From the NCBI GenBank assembly GCA_947624115.1, contig CANQIS010000001.1:1-58825 (forward strand): a stretch of DNA of 58,825 nt, given 5' to 3'. Of this stretch, positions 28,670-37,861 are shown piece by piece. This DNA comes from an uncultured Bacilli bacterium. Its GTDB lineage: Bacteria > Bacillota_I > Bacilli_A > RF39 > UBA660. The position numbers and the translations under genes were made by a program. The notes beneath the pieces were generated by a model. It saw only the letters and a program-made list of their open reading frames with translations, searched no databases and was not told the origin of the DNA. Positions within the stretch are counted from its first letter, which is position 1. Each line of letters starts with the position of its first letter.

Positions 28670-29758
28670 ATGATGACAAAAAATATAAAAAATAAAGGAT
28701 TTACATTAATAGAATTATTAGCTGTAATTGTAATACTAGCCGTAATTGCTTTGATTGCCGTACCACAAATTTTAAATATTTTAAATAGAGCAAGATTAAG
28801 TGCAGCTGAAGATACAACAAGTGGTATTATAAAATCAGCAGAAAACTATGTAACAAGTTTTATGTTACAAAATAATGGTAGTTTTCCAGACGGAACACTT
28901 ACATTTAACTGTAAAACCGATGGTTGTCAATTAAAAGAAACATTAGATGATAGTTATAATATGGATAATTTAACTACATTAGATTTTAAAGGAACAAAGC
29001 CTAATAGTGGAACCATAACAATAAGTAATAGTGGAAAAAATATTAATACAACTAATTTAAATATTAATAATTTTGTCTGTGCTTATTTAGATGGACAAAG
29101 TTTTTGTACTTATAAAAGAGAAGTAAAAGAAGATGGAACTGCCGTTTATTTTAATCCCGTAATAGGAAAAGAATGTAGTGCAAGCGAATATACAGATACT
29201 CAGAGTGTAGCAGGAACAAAAGAAGGTTGTATGAAATGGTATATCTTTTTAGATAGTGAAGTATCAGCAGTTTATAATTTACTTTTAAACCATAGTACTA
29301 CATCTGAACCTGTTGCATGGAATTCTAGTGGTAATAATTATGATGGACCTAAAGAAGTAATTGAAAAATTAAAAGAAACAACAGAAGATTGGATAGGAGT
29401 ACCAAATCGTACTGATAGTTATTCAGTTAATTGGGTTTATGATAATCAAAATGATGGATATACTGTTGATTATAATGGCTATAGGGCTAGATTAATAGAA
29501 GCAGAGGAAATAGCTAAAATTTTGAAATTAACAGACTGGGAATTTTTTTCTAAAGGTGAAAGAAAAATATCTATTCCAGATAATAAAAAATGGTTATATG
29601 GTTTTTATTGGACTTCTTCTCCATGTAAAATATTGCATAATGTTGGTGCAATTATGGTATATGATAAAACATTTACTTTTACATACCCAGATATAGAAAA
29701 TGATAGACTAAGATTAAGACCTGTCATAACAATTTCTAAATCAGTAATAAATAACTAA
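28670..29758 (+). CDS. Prepilin-type N-terminal methylation-motif protein, copy 2 (362 aa)
   Basis: Nearly identical to copy 1 over about 280 aa, then a replaced C-terminal ~80 aa ending RLRPVITISKSVINN. Confidence 0.8.
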   Translation: MMTKNIKNKGFTLIELLAVIVILAVIALIAVPQILNILNRARLSAAEDTTSGIIKSAENYVTSFMLQNNGSFPDGTLTFNCKTDGCQLKETLDDSYNMDNLTTLDFKGTKPNSGTITISNSGKNINTTNLNINNFVCAYLDGQSFCTYKREVKEDGTAVYFNPVIGKECSASEYTDTQSVAGTKEGCMKWYIFLDSEVSAVYNLLLNHSTTSEPVAWNSSGNNYDGPKEVIEKLKETTEDWIGVPNRTDSYSVNWVYDNQNDGYTVDYNGYRARLIEAEEIAKILKLTDWEFFSKGERKISIPDNKKWLYGFYWTSSPCKILHNVGAIMVYDKTFTFTYPDIENDRLRLRPVITISKSVINN

Positions 29759-30453
29759 AAAATTTTTAACTAAATTTATACTTGAAAAATTATTTCAACC
29801 TTTTAATTTCATCAATATCTAGAACTGTATATTTAGTTATAATCAAAATCACCTTTAAAAAATATTATATTTATTTTGTTTAAGATCATCTTCAGCAAGT
29901 TTTATTTTGAATCTTTTAATTCTAGTACGTATAATGTTCTCAGTTTCTTTTTAAACATACATATTCTTATTATTTTTCATCTTCATTTAAGATTAATAAC
30001 CATGATACAACATTTTTGTATAAATAATCTAAATATAAATGATATTTTATAGGGATTTAAAGTTAATTATATTTACTATTTTTTCTCTAAATACAAATTT
30101 ATATATTTCATTATTTTGGTTAAAACAAAAAAATTATCACAAATGATTTTAAGTAATAGTAACTTAGAAATTTATTTTTTTAAATAATTACAATGTTTAT
30201 TGAAAACAAAAAATGAAATTTATCTAAAATATTTAAGACTAAGATGACTTAATGTCGTAAATCTTAGTTTTTTTAGGCTAATGTGACAAGATTTAAAAGG
30301 TGTATCAAATGTGATTAATATATACTAAACCAAGACTTCAAACACGAGCTATGCCATAAGCATCAATTCAAATATATTCAACATCACAGCAATAAGAATT
30401 ATAATTGGTTAAATATATGCTTACTTTAAGATATATTTTTTTTATTATATTCA

Positions 30454-30493
30454 TTGACAATTGTGTATAATCTGTATATAATGTATATATACA
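30454..30493 (+). promoter_or_regulatory. Promoter plus candidate YtrA/GntR operator
   Basis: TTGACA (30454-30459), 17-nt spacer, TATAAT (30477-30482). TGTATA repeated at 30464, 30473 and 30482 (9-bp phase). Inverted TGTATATA-N5-TATATACA (30473-30493). Confidence 0.5.
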
Positions 30494-30506
30494 AAAGAGG
30501 TGAACT

Positions 30507-30884
30507 ATGGAAATTATAATTAGTAATTCAAATGGTATTCCTATTTATGAACAAATTAAAGAACAAATAAAAGTCAAAATAGTTTCTAATGAATTAAAAG
30601 AAAATGAATTATTACCATCTATAAGAACTTTAGCTAAAGATCTCCGTTGTAGTGTTATAACAACAAAAAATGCTTATGAAGAATTAGTAAAAGAGGGTTA
30701 TGTAAAAAATATTCCATCCAAAGGTTTCTATGTTGCTAAAATAAATAAAGATATTGCCTTAGAAGAACAATTAAATAAGATAGAAGAACTTATGGATAAA
30801 GCAGTTACTATTGCCAAAATGAATAATATAAATAAGAAAACGCTAAATGAAATGTTAAATATATTGTATGAGGAGGATAAATAG
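30507..30884 (+). CDS. GntR-family (YtrA-subfamily) transcriptional regulator
   Basis: 125 aa; winged-HTH LPSIRTLAKDLRCSVITTKNAYEELVKEGY; short C-terminal dimerisation helix. Confidence 0.85.
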   Translation: MEIIISNSNGIPIYEQIKEQIKVKIVSNELKENELLPSIRTLAKDLRCSVITTKNAYEELVKEGYVKNIPSKGFYVAKINKDIALEEQLNKIEELMDKAVTIAKMNNINKKTLNEMLNILYEEDK

Positions 30885-30886
30885 AA

Positions 30887-31744
30887 GTGGAAAATATTTT
30901 AGAAATTAAAAATCTTTGTAAAAAATATGATAATTTTGAACTTAAAAATATATCATTTACTTTACCTAAAGGTATGATTATGGGTTTTATAGGTGAAAAT
31001 GGTGCAGGAAAGACTACAACCATAAAAGCCATATTAGATATTATTAAATCTTATAGTGGTGAAATTAAAATTTTTGGATTAGATAATCGTGAGTATGATA
31101 AAGAAATAAAACAAGATATTGGAGTCGTTTTAGATGATATGTTTTTTCCAGAGATACTTACACCAAATGATATCAATAATACCATGAAAGGTATTTATAA
31201 AAATTGGGATACTAAAATGTTTAATGATTATTTAAAAAAATTTTCTTTATTACCAAATAAACAAATTAAAACTTTTTCTAAAGGTATGAGAAAAAAACTA
31301 GAAATAGCGACCTCTCTTTCGCATCATCCTAAACTTTTAATATTAGATGAACCAACATCGGGACTTGATCCCGTAGCTAGAGCAGAAATAATTCAAATAT
31401 TTCAAAATATACTAGAAAAAGATGAGTGTTCTATTTTGCTTTCTAGTCATATTACTACTGATTTAGAACATATAGCTGATTATATAACTTTTATCAATAA
31501 CGGAGAAATTGTTTTATCAAAAACAACAAATGAATTATTGGATAAATATGGAATAGTAAAATGTACAGAAAAAGAGTTTAAAGGAATTGATAAAAAAGAT
31601 TATATTAAGTATAAAAAATTAAAATATGAATATGAGGTGTTAATTCCTAATAAAAAAGAATTTAAAACCAAATATAGTATTTCTGTAATTGATAAAATAA
31701 CATTAGATGAACTTATGGTTTTAATGATTAAGGGGGAAGAATAA
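30887..31744 (+). CDS. ABC transporter ATP-binding protein
   Basis: Walker A GENGAGKTT, signature FSKGMRKK, Walker B LLILDEPTSGLD. Confidence 0.9.
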   Translation: MENILEIKNLCKKYDNFELKNISFTLPKGMIMGFIGENGAGKTTTIKAILDIIKSYSGEIKIFGLDNREYDKEIKQDIGVVLDDMFFPEILTPNDINNTMKGIYKNWDTKMFNDYLKKFSLLPNKQIKTFSKGMRKKLEIATSLSHHPKLLILDEPTSGLDPVARAEIIQIFQNILEKDECSILLSSHITTDLEHIADYITFINNGEIVLSKTTNELLDKYGIVKCTEKEFKGIDKKDYIKYKKLKYEYEVLIPNKKEFKTKYSISVIDKITLDELMVLMIKGEE

Positions 31745-32376
31745 TGATAGGATTTATTAAAAAAGATTTAGCAGTGATTAAAAGTAATTTTAAATTACTA
31801 GGTGTATTAATTGTTATATATACAATAATGGGTTTAATGGGAAAAATGGATATATCATTTATCTTACCATTTATGTGTGTAATGATAATGATTTCATCAT
31901 TTAGTTATGATAATTATAATAAATGGGATGCATATTCTATTTCATTACCTAATGGAAGAAAAAATAGTGTAAAATCTAAATATATAACAACAATTTTAAT
32001 GACTTTTATTGTTACTATAATCACAACTATTTTATCTTTCATTATTTCGTATGTTAATATCCAATCTATTAACTATGAACAAATATTAGTAACAATGTTT
32101 GGTACAGTATTTGGAACATTATTAGTTTTAACTATTATGTATCCGATTATTTATAAATTTGGCGTTGAAAAAGCAAGAATTTGTATATTTTTACTTGTAT
32201 TTGGGATAGTTATAATTGGTAGTTTACTTGCAAATTATATAGATTTATCCAACATTTTAAAACCCTTATCATTTTTAGAAGATTATTTAATAATAATTTT
32301 AATAGTAGTAGCTATTATTATGGTTTATGTATCCTATAAAACATCAGAAAAAATATTTAGTAAAAAAGAATTTTAG
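31744..32376 (+). CDS. ABC-2-type membrane protein
   Basis: Six hydrophobic helices; start overlaps the stop of the ATPase gene. Confidence 0.7.
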   Translation: MIGFIKKDLAVIKSNFKLLGVLIVIYTIMGLMGKMDISFILPFMCVMIMISSFSYDNYNKWDAYSISLPNGRKNSVKSKYITTILMTFIVTIITTILSFIISYVNIQSINYEQILVTMFGTVFGTLLVLTIMYPIIYKFGVEKARICIFLLVFGIVIIGSLLANYIDLSNILKPLSFLEDYLIIILIVVAIIMVYVSYKTSEKIFSKKEF

Positions 32377-32646
32377 AAGGTCAAATATGAAGTTAGAAAA
32401 TTGTAAAGAATTGAAAACTACTATTTGTGAGATAAATAAAACAAAGTTTTAATTGAACCAAGATAAAGGAAAAAGTAATTTGTAAAAAGAAAGACTAAAA
32501 TAATCCATACAATAAAAAAACAATTTGTTTTTTTTATTTTATATTAGGAATTTTTTAAATGTTAATATTAGTTGACAAATTTCCAACTCAAACAGGTAGA
32601 TTGCAACTAAAATAAATTGTATAATTGATGTTGTGAGGTGAGGAAA

Positions 32647-33293
32647 GTGAATAATTTAGGTGAAAGATTATTCAATTTGAGAAAGGATAAAAAATTATCA
32701 CAAGAAGAAGTTGCAGACAAATTAAATGTTACTAGACAAACAGTTTCAAAATGGGAAACTGATCAAAGTATGCCTGATTTTGATAAGATAGTTCCATTAT
32801 GTGAATTATACGAAATAACACCAAATAATTGTTTATTGAACTAGCATCAAAGGAACTTTCAAAAGATATCAAAAATCCAATAGATTCTAATTGGGAAAAA
32901 TTAAAAGTCCAAAAAAAGGCTAGAGGAATAGCCATTAGTATAGTATTATATTTTTTGTCAATTGTATGGATAATGATTTCAATACCTGTTTTAAGTATTA
33001 ATCCAATAGTATCTTCTGCAATATTCTTACTTATTTGTGGCATAGCAACAGGTATAATAATCTATGTATGTATTAGATATAAAAAAATAAAAACACCTAA
33101 AGAAACTGAAACTGATAAATTAAGACATCAAATTTCAGATGTAGTTGCAATAATAGTTACTATTATATACTTAATAATTAGTTTTAAGACTATGGCGTGG
33201 CATTTAACATGGATTATATGGATAATATTTGGTTTGTTTGAAGAAATTTTAAAATTAGTATTTATGTTAAGGAGTTATAAAGATGAAAAATAA
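32647..33293 (+). pseudogene. XRE-family HTH regulator with a membrane domain, split by an apparent 1-nt frameshift
   Basis: HTH LSQEEVADKLNVTRQTVSKWE ends at TAG 32842-32844. The TM-rich continuation (ELASKELSKD...) is in the next frame from 32829. One extra G at TTG|GAA (about 32838) would fuse them. Confidence 0.5.
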
Positions 33294-34161
33294 AAAATGG
33301 ATTGTAACATTAATTATTTTATTGTCAATTATTATGGTAGTCCTTTCTATATTTTTTGTTAATCTTTTACAAAATGGTTTTAAATTTAAAATTGGATTAC
33401 AAAGTAGTAATGAATTAATATTAGATAAGACTTATGAAGAACAATTTAATAATATTATAATAGATGCTACTACAAGTGAAATTTATATAAAAAAGTCTAA
33501 TACAAATAATGTTAAAGCTATAATTTATGGTGAAAAAGATTATACTGATGTTGAAACTAATCATGATACTTTAAATATTAAAACAAGTGAAAAAAATTGT
33601 ATAGGATTTTGTTTTAATCAAAAATCAGCTAAGATAGAAATATATTTGCCAGAAGAATTTAATGGAAATATTGATGTAAAAAATGATTATGGTGATATCT
33701 TTATAGATGAGTTTTTAAATGCTAATATTGATGTAGAAGAAGATTGTGGAAACGTTAAAATACTTGGTGGTAATAGTATTGAGGTAGATAATAATTATGG
33801 TGATATCGAAATAGAGAAAGTTAATGTAGCAACTATAGATGAAGATTGCGGAGATGTTACAATTTCAAGTGTATTTGATGTAACAGTAAAAAATAGTTAT
33901 GGAGATATAAAAATTAAATCAGTTGATAATTATCTTAATCTTGAAAATGACTGTGGAGATATTGAAATTGACAATATTAATTTAACTAAAGATTCTTATA
34001 TTAAAGATGATTTTGGAGATATAAAAATCGGTAGTACTAATGAAATATTTATTGATGCAAAAACAGATTTAGGAAAAGTAAAAATAAAAAATAATTATAA
34101 TAAATCTGATGTTACTTTAAAAATAGAAAATGACTGTGGTGATATCGAAGTTAATAATTAA
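33283..34161 (+). CDS. DUF4097-like beta-repeat protein with N-terminal membrane anchor
   Basis: Repeated DCGD[IV].I and N.YGDI.I motifs. Confidence 0.7.
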   Translation: MKNKKWIVTLIILLSIIMVVLSIFFVNLLQNGFKFKIGLQSSNELILDKTYEEQFNNIIIDATTSEIYIKKSNTNNVKAIIYGEKDYTDVETNHDTLNIKTSEKNCIGFCFNQKSAKIEIYLPEEFNGNIDVKNDYGDIFIDEFLNANIDVEEDCGNVKILGGNSIEVDNNYGDIEIEKVNVATIDEDCGDVTISSVFDVTVKNSYGDIKIKSVDNYLNLENDCGDIEIDNINLTKDSYIKDDFGDIKIGSTNEIFIDAKTDLGKVKIKNNYNKSDVTLKIENDCGDIEVNN

Positions 34162-34269
34162 AGCAAATAAAAAAACAAAAGTATATAAAGTTTACCATTT
34201 TAATGGTATAATTTAAAATAAATATTAATTTATATAAATAAAAAATAATATCAAGATTAATTTTTGATA

Positions 34270-34794
34270 TTATTTTTTATTTTTATATTCACTTTTTAAA
34301 ATATTTTCTATTTCTTCAGGTGTTTCTTTACAACCACTATCTAACCATTTTTTGATAATTGCGTTAAGTCCTGCTTTAAAAAATTCCATGTGATAATCTA
34401 TATATTTATCATCATATAATCTTTTCGATAAATGATAATCATAATCTTTAATAATAAAATTTTGATCCATTTTTAACTTAAAATAAGTTTTATAAAATAT
34501 TTGATTATCTTTTATATGCTTGAATAGTTTTAAAAAATTGTTTGAATTATGATTTGTTTCTCTTTCTTCTTGATATAAGGATAAAACCTCTTGTTCTAAC
34601 TCTTGTCCTATTTTGTCTGCTAAATCATAAATATCAAGATAATTAACATAAAAAGTAGAACGATTTATTTTAGCGAGTTTACAAATATCAGTAACAGAAA
34701 TTTTGTTCATTTCTTTTGTTTGTAATAAAGAGATAAAAACTTTACTTATTTTATCTCTTGTTTCTTTTCTTCTTTTATTATTTGGTGTATTCAT
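34270..34794 (-). CDS. TetR/AcrR-family transcriptional regulator
   Basis: HTH ISVTDICKLAKINRSTFYVNY. Confidence 0.85.
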   Translation of the reverse strand: MNTPNNKRRKETRDKISKVFISLLQTKEMNKISVTDICKLAKINRSTFYVNYLDIYDLADKIGQELEQEVLSLYQEERETNHNSNNFLKLFKHIKDNQIFYKTYFKLKMDQNFIIKDYDYHLSKRLYDDKYIDYHMEFFKAGLNAIIKKWLDSGCKETPEEIENILKSEYKNKK

Positions 34795-34916
34795 GTATTT
34801 ACTCCTTTTAATTGGACAAATGTCTATAAATTGTTGATTGTATTTCTCTTTCTAAAAGATTATACTAAAATTGTAATAAAAAGACAAGTGTCTTATTATT
34901 GAAAAGAAGTGATTAT

Positions 34917-35138
34917 ATGTCTAAAATCGTAGATGTTAATAAAAAAATTGAAAATTCAGCCCTTAGTGGATTCAAAAAAATTGAAAATACCGTTGTTGGT
35001 GGTTATAAAAAAGTAGAGGATAAGTTTGTTGATACATTTTTAAAAAAAGAGGGCGAAACAATAGAAGAAGCAAAGGTACGAATTAAAAAGGAACAAGAAG
35101 AACTAAAAGAAAAACAACATGAAAAATTAAATAAATAA
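34917..35138 (+). CDS. Small charged protein with internal repeat (73 aa)
   Basis: GFKKIENTVV / GYKKVEDKFV repeat. ATG 34917 preferred over TTG 34899. Confidence 0.45.
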   Translation: MSKIVDVNKKIENSALSGFKKIENTVVGGYKKVEDKFVDTFLKKEGETIEEAKVRIKKEQEELKEKQHEKLNK

Positions 35139-35158
35139 AGTATATGGAGGTATAAAAT

Positions 35159-35554
35159 ATGAAAAAAGAAACTTTGTTAGAAATCATTTTAGGAACGATA
35201 GGTGGTTTGGTATTTGCAGTGGGTATGTGTATGTGTCTAATACCAGAGTGGGATTTATTTGCAGCAGGTGTTGTAGTAACAATTTTAGGTTTTATTATTT
35301 TACTATGTATTATTCCTGTATATAGAAATAATCATTCGAAAAAAGAACATGGTCCTATAAATTGGGGTATAGTATTAACTTGGCTTATAGGAATTGTTGG
35401 TGCTTTAGTAATGGGATTTGGTATGAGTAAAGTAATGGTTGACGAACCAGATAAAACTAATTTAATAATTGGTATTATAATAGGTACTATTGGTTTACTT
35501 ATATGTGTATTTAACTATCTAATATATTCTTATTTAAAAAGTAATAAAAAATAA
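35159..35554 (+). CDS. Membrane protein (131 aa)
   Basis: GGAGG RBS; four hydrophobic helices. Confidence 0.6.
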   Translation: MKKETLLEIILGTIGGLVFAVGMCMCLIPEWDLFAAGVVVTILGFIILLCIIPVYRNNHSKKEHGPINWGIVLTWLIGIVGALVMGFGMSKVMVDEPDKTNLIIGIIIGTIGLLICVFNYLIYSYLKSNKK

Positions 35555-35590
35555 TTTGGGAATTATAAAAATTCTCTTTTTTTCGATTAG

Positions 35591-36451
35591 ATGTGCATGA
35601 AGAAAATATTTAAGAATATATTTTTTCCAAGTAGGATAGTTGGATTAGTTTTATTTAATGTGGCTTTTGGCTTACTGATTTATGTATTTAGTTTTCATTT
35701 AGAAAATACACCACTTGCTTATATAAGTTATCTTTTATCTACTTATGCTTTAATTATATTTTGTATTTGGTTTTTTAAAATTTGCAAGTTTAGTAATAAC
35801 GCTATTAAAAAATCTAAACTATATAATTTATATAAAAAACATGAGTTATTAATAACTAAAATATTTTTGGCATTATCACTTTTTTTGAATTTTGTATATG
35901 GTATTTTTAAATTAGGAACAGGAATATATTATATGTCTTGGTGGTTTATTACTTTTGCAGTTTATTATTTAATTTTATGTTTAATGAAGTTATCTATTAT
36001 CAAAGATATAAAAAATGAAGTAGGAATAGACTTAAAAAGTGAATATAAAAAGTTAAGATTAACAGGTATAACACTTTTATTTCTAAATTTAATCTTAACA
36101 GGTATGATTGTTTTAATAATTAGACAAAATCAAGAAATAAATTATGCCGGTTTTATTATTTATATTGTAGCATTATATGATTTTTATTTGATTATAAGTG
36201 CTATTATAAATGTAATTAAATATCGAAAAAATCATAGTCCACTTTTAGCATCAAGTAAATGTATTAACTTAACAGTAGCCATGATTTCTATGATTTCACT
36301 TGAAGTTGCTATGGTATCTGAGTTTGGAACAAATGATAGTGAGTTTAAAATATTAATGACTAGCATAATGGGCTTTGTGGTGTGTTTGATAAATACAGTT
36401 ATGTCCATATATATGATAATTATAGCTAATAAAAAATTAAAAAATATATAA
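35591..36451 (+). CDS. Polytopic membrane protein (286 aa)
   Basis: Six or more hydrophobic helices. Start uncertain (ATG 35591 or 35597). Confidence 0.6.
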   Translation: MCMKKIFKNIFFPSRIVGLVLFNVAFGLLIYVFSFHLENTPLAYISYLLSTYALIIFCIWFFKICKFSNNAIKKSKLYNLYKKHELLITKIFLALSLFLNFVYGIFKLGTGIYYMSWWFITFAVYYLILCLMKLSIIKDIKNEVGIDLKSEYKKLRLTGITLLFLNLILTGMIVLIIRQNQEINYAGFIIYIVALYDFYLIISAIINVIKYRKNHSPLLASSKCINLTVAMISMISLEVAMVSEFGTNDSEFKILMTSIMGFVVCLINTVMSIYMIIIANKKLKNI

Positions 36452-36661
36452 TACAAATAACAATTTTATAGTTATAAAACAAAAGAGCATGTTATAAGCA
36501 AAGTATGTTTATAATCTTTCAAAAGTAAAGGTTAAAGGAGATTAATATTTAATTGTGCAAGTTATTTAAAATAACTAAATGAACTTTCAAAAAAAATATT
36601 ATAAATTAGAGATGTATTCTAATATTTAAAAAAATCCCTCATGAAAGTGTATTTCAAGCTA

Positions 36662-36689
36662 TTGACATTATAACAAAATATGGTATAAT
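36662..36689 (+). promoter_or_regulatory. Strong sigma-A-type promoter of the five-gene operon
   Basis: TTGACA (36662-36667), 16-nt spacer, extended -10 TGgTATAAT (36681-36689). Confidence 0.6.
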
Positions 36690-36720
36690 AATAACCAATA
36701 TTTATATAGGAGGCAAGAAT

Positions 36721-37290
36721 ATGCAAGATAAATTTTTAGAAAGCGTAAGAACTGGATTTATAAGTCAAATAGAAGAAATTATTAGTGAAACTAAATTATC
36801 TTCAGAAGCAAAGAAATTAAATGCAATAGATACTTTAGTATTAGTTAACGATAATATTAGTTCTTGGATTTCATCAATAAATGGAATGTTTCATATTGAT
36901 GAAGAATTATTAACTAAAGTTGCTGAATTAAAAAGACCTTTTGTTAGTGCTGCAAAAAAAGAAGTAGCTTCAGAAGTTGCTAAAATTATTGAAAACGAGT
37001 CAACAAATGTAACATCAAAAATTAATGATTTTATGAATGGACTAAAGAAAAAAGGTATTGACTTAGATGGTGATGATAAAAAGGAAGAAAAAAGAACAAC
37101 AACTACACTTGAAAGTGAAACACATTCAAGACCAATTGAAACATCAACTCGTGATTCAGAATCTTTATTTAGTTTAAGTAGACAACGTGTTTTAAAAAGA
37201 GAGGTAGAAAGACCAAGAAGAAGTACTTCTGATTGTCCACCATATAGTTGTGGAGGAAGCTCTGGAGGTTGTGGCGGAGGCGGTTGCTAG
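36721..37290 (+). CDS. Unknown 189-aa protein with C-terminal Cys/Gly tail
   Basis: AGGAGG RBS. Helical acidic N-region, Ser/Thr/Arg-rich linker, terminal CPPYSCGGSSGGCGGGGC (37234-37287). Confidence 0.7.
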   Translation: MQDKFLESVRTGFISQIEEIISETKLSSEAKKLNAIDTLVLVNDNISSWISSINGMFHIDEELLTKVAELKRPFVSAAKKEVASEVAKIIENESTNVTSKINDFMNGLKKKGIDLDGDDKKEEKRTTTTLESETHSRPIETSTRDSESLFSLSRQRVLKREVERPRRSTSDCPPYSCGGSSGGCGGGGC

Positions 37291-37320
37291 CCACTTTTTA
37301 TCTTTGAGGGGGGAACAATA

Positions 37321-37860
37321 ATGGATGAAAATTTAATGCAAAAAGCCATTTATGATTTACTTAAGGCTATGGGTGAAAATCCAGACCGTGATGGATTAAA
37401 GGATACTCCCAAAAGAGTTGCTAAAATGTACTCTGAAATATTATCATATCCTAACTTTAATTACACAACATTTGAAGATAAATATGATGATTTAATTATG
37501 GTTAAAAATATTGAATTTTGTTCAATGTGCGAGCATCATTTAATGCCTTTTTATGGTATAGTTCATATTGCATATATTCCTAATAAAAAAATTATAGGTT
37601 TAAGTAAAATTGCTAGAGTAGTTGAAAAATATGCTAGAAAACTTCAAGTGCAAGAGAGAATGACTGATGAAATTATGGAAGATTTAAAGAAAAATCTCGA
37701 TACTGATAATATTGCAATTTATATAGAAGCAAAACATATGTGTATGATTTCCAGAGGAGTAAAAAAGGAATTAACTAGTACAGTAACAACTAAATTTAGT
37801 GGTTTATTTAAAAATGAGCGAAAAAGTGAATTTTTATTTTTAATTGGAAAAGGTAATTAA
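37321..37860 (+). CDS. folE: GTP cyclohydrolase I (FolE type)
   Basis: GLKDTPKRVAKMY, CSMCEHHLMPFYG, LQVQERMT signature blocks. Confidence 0.9.
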   Translation: MDENLMQKAIYDLLKAMGENPDRDGLKDTPKRVAKMYSEILSYPNFNYTTFEDKYDDLIMVKNIEFCSMCEHHLMPFYGIVHIAYIPNKKIIGLSKIARVVEKYARKLQVQERMTDEIMEDLKKNLDTDNIAIYIEAKHMCMISRGVKKELTSTVTTKFSGLFKNERKSEFLFLIGKGN

Positions 37861-37861
37861 A

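Larger units (their letters stand above)
27277..29760 (+). repeat. Tandem duplication (unit 1268 bp) of hairpin + promoter + pilin-like gene
   Basis: 27277-28544 and 28545-about 29760 align with offset 1268. Each unit has an AAACGCAT...ATGCGTTT hairpin and TTGCAA-17-TATAAT (27339-27367 and 28607-28635). Confidence 0.9.

Noticed and set aside
27402-29758. Diversity-generating retroelement (DGR) acting on the two pilin-like genes.
   Set aside because: There is no reverse transcriptase in the window. Differences between copies are not adenine-specific. The divergent C-terminal block is a wholesale replacement rather than point mutagenesis.
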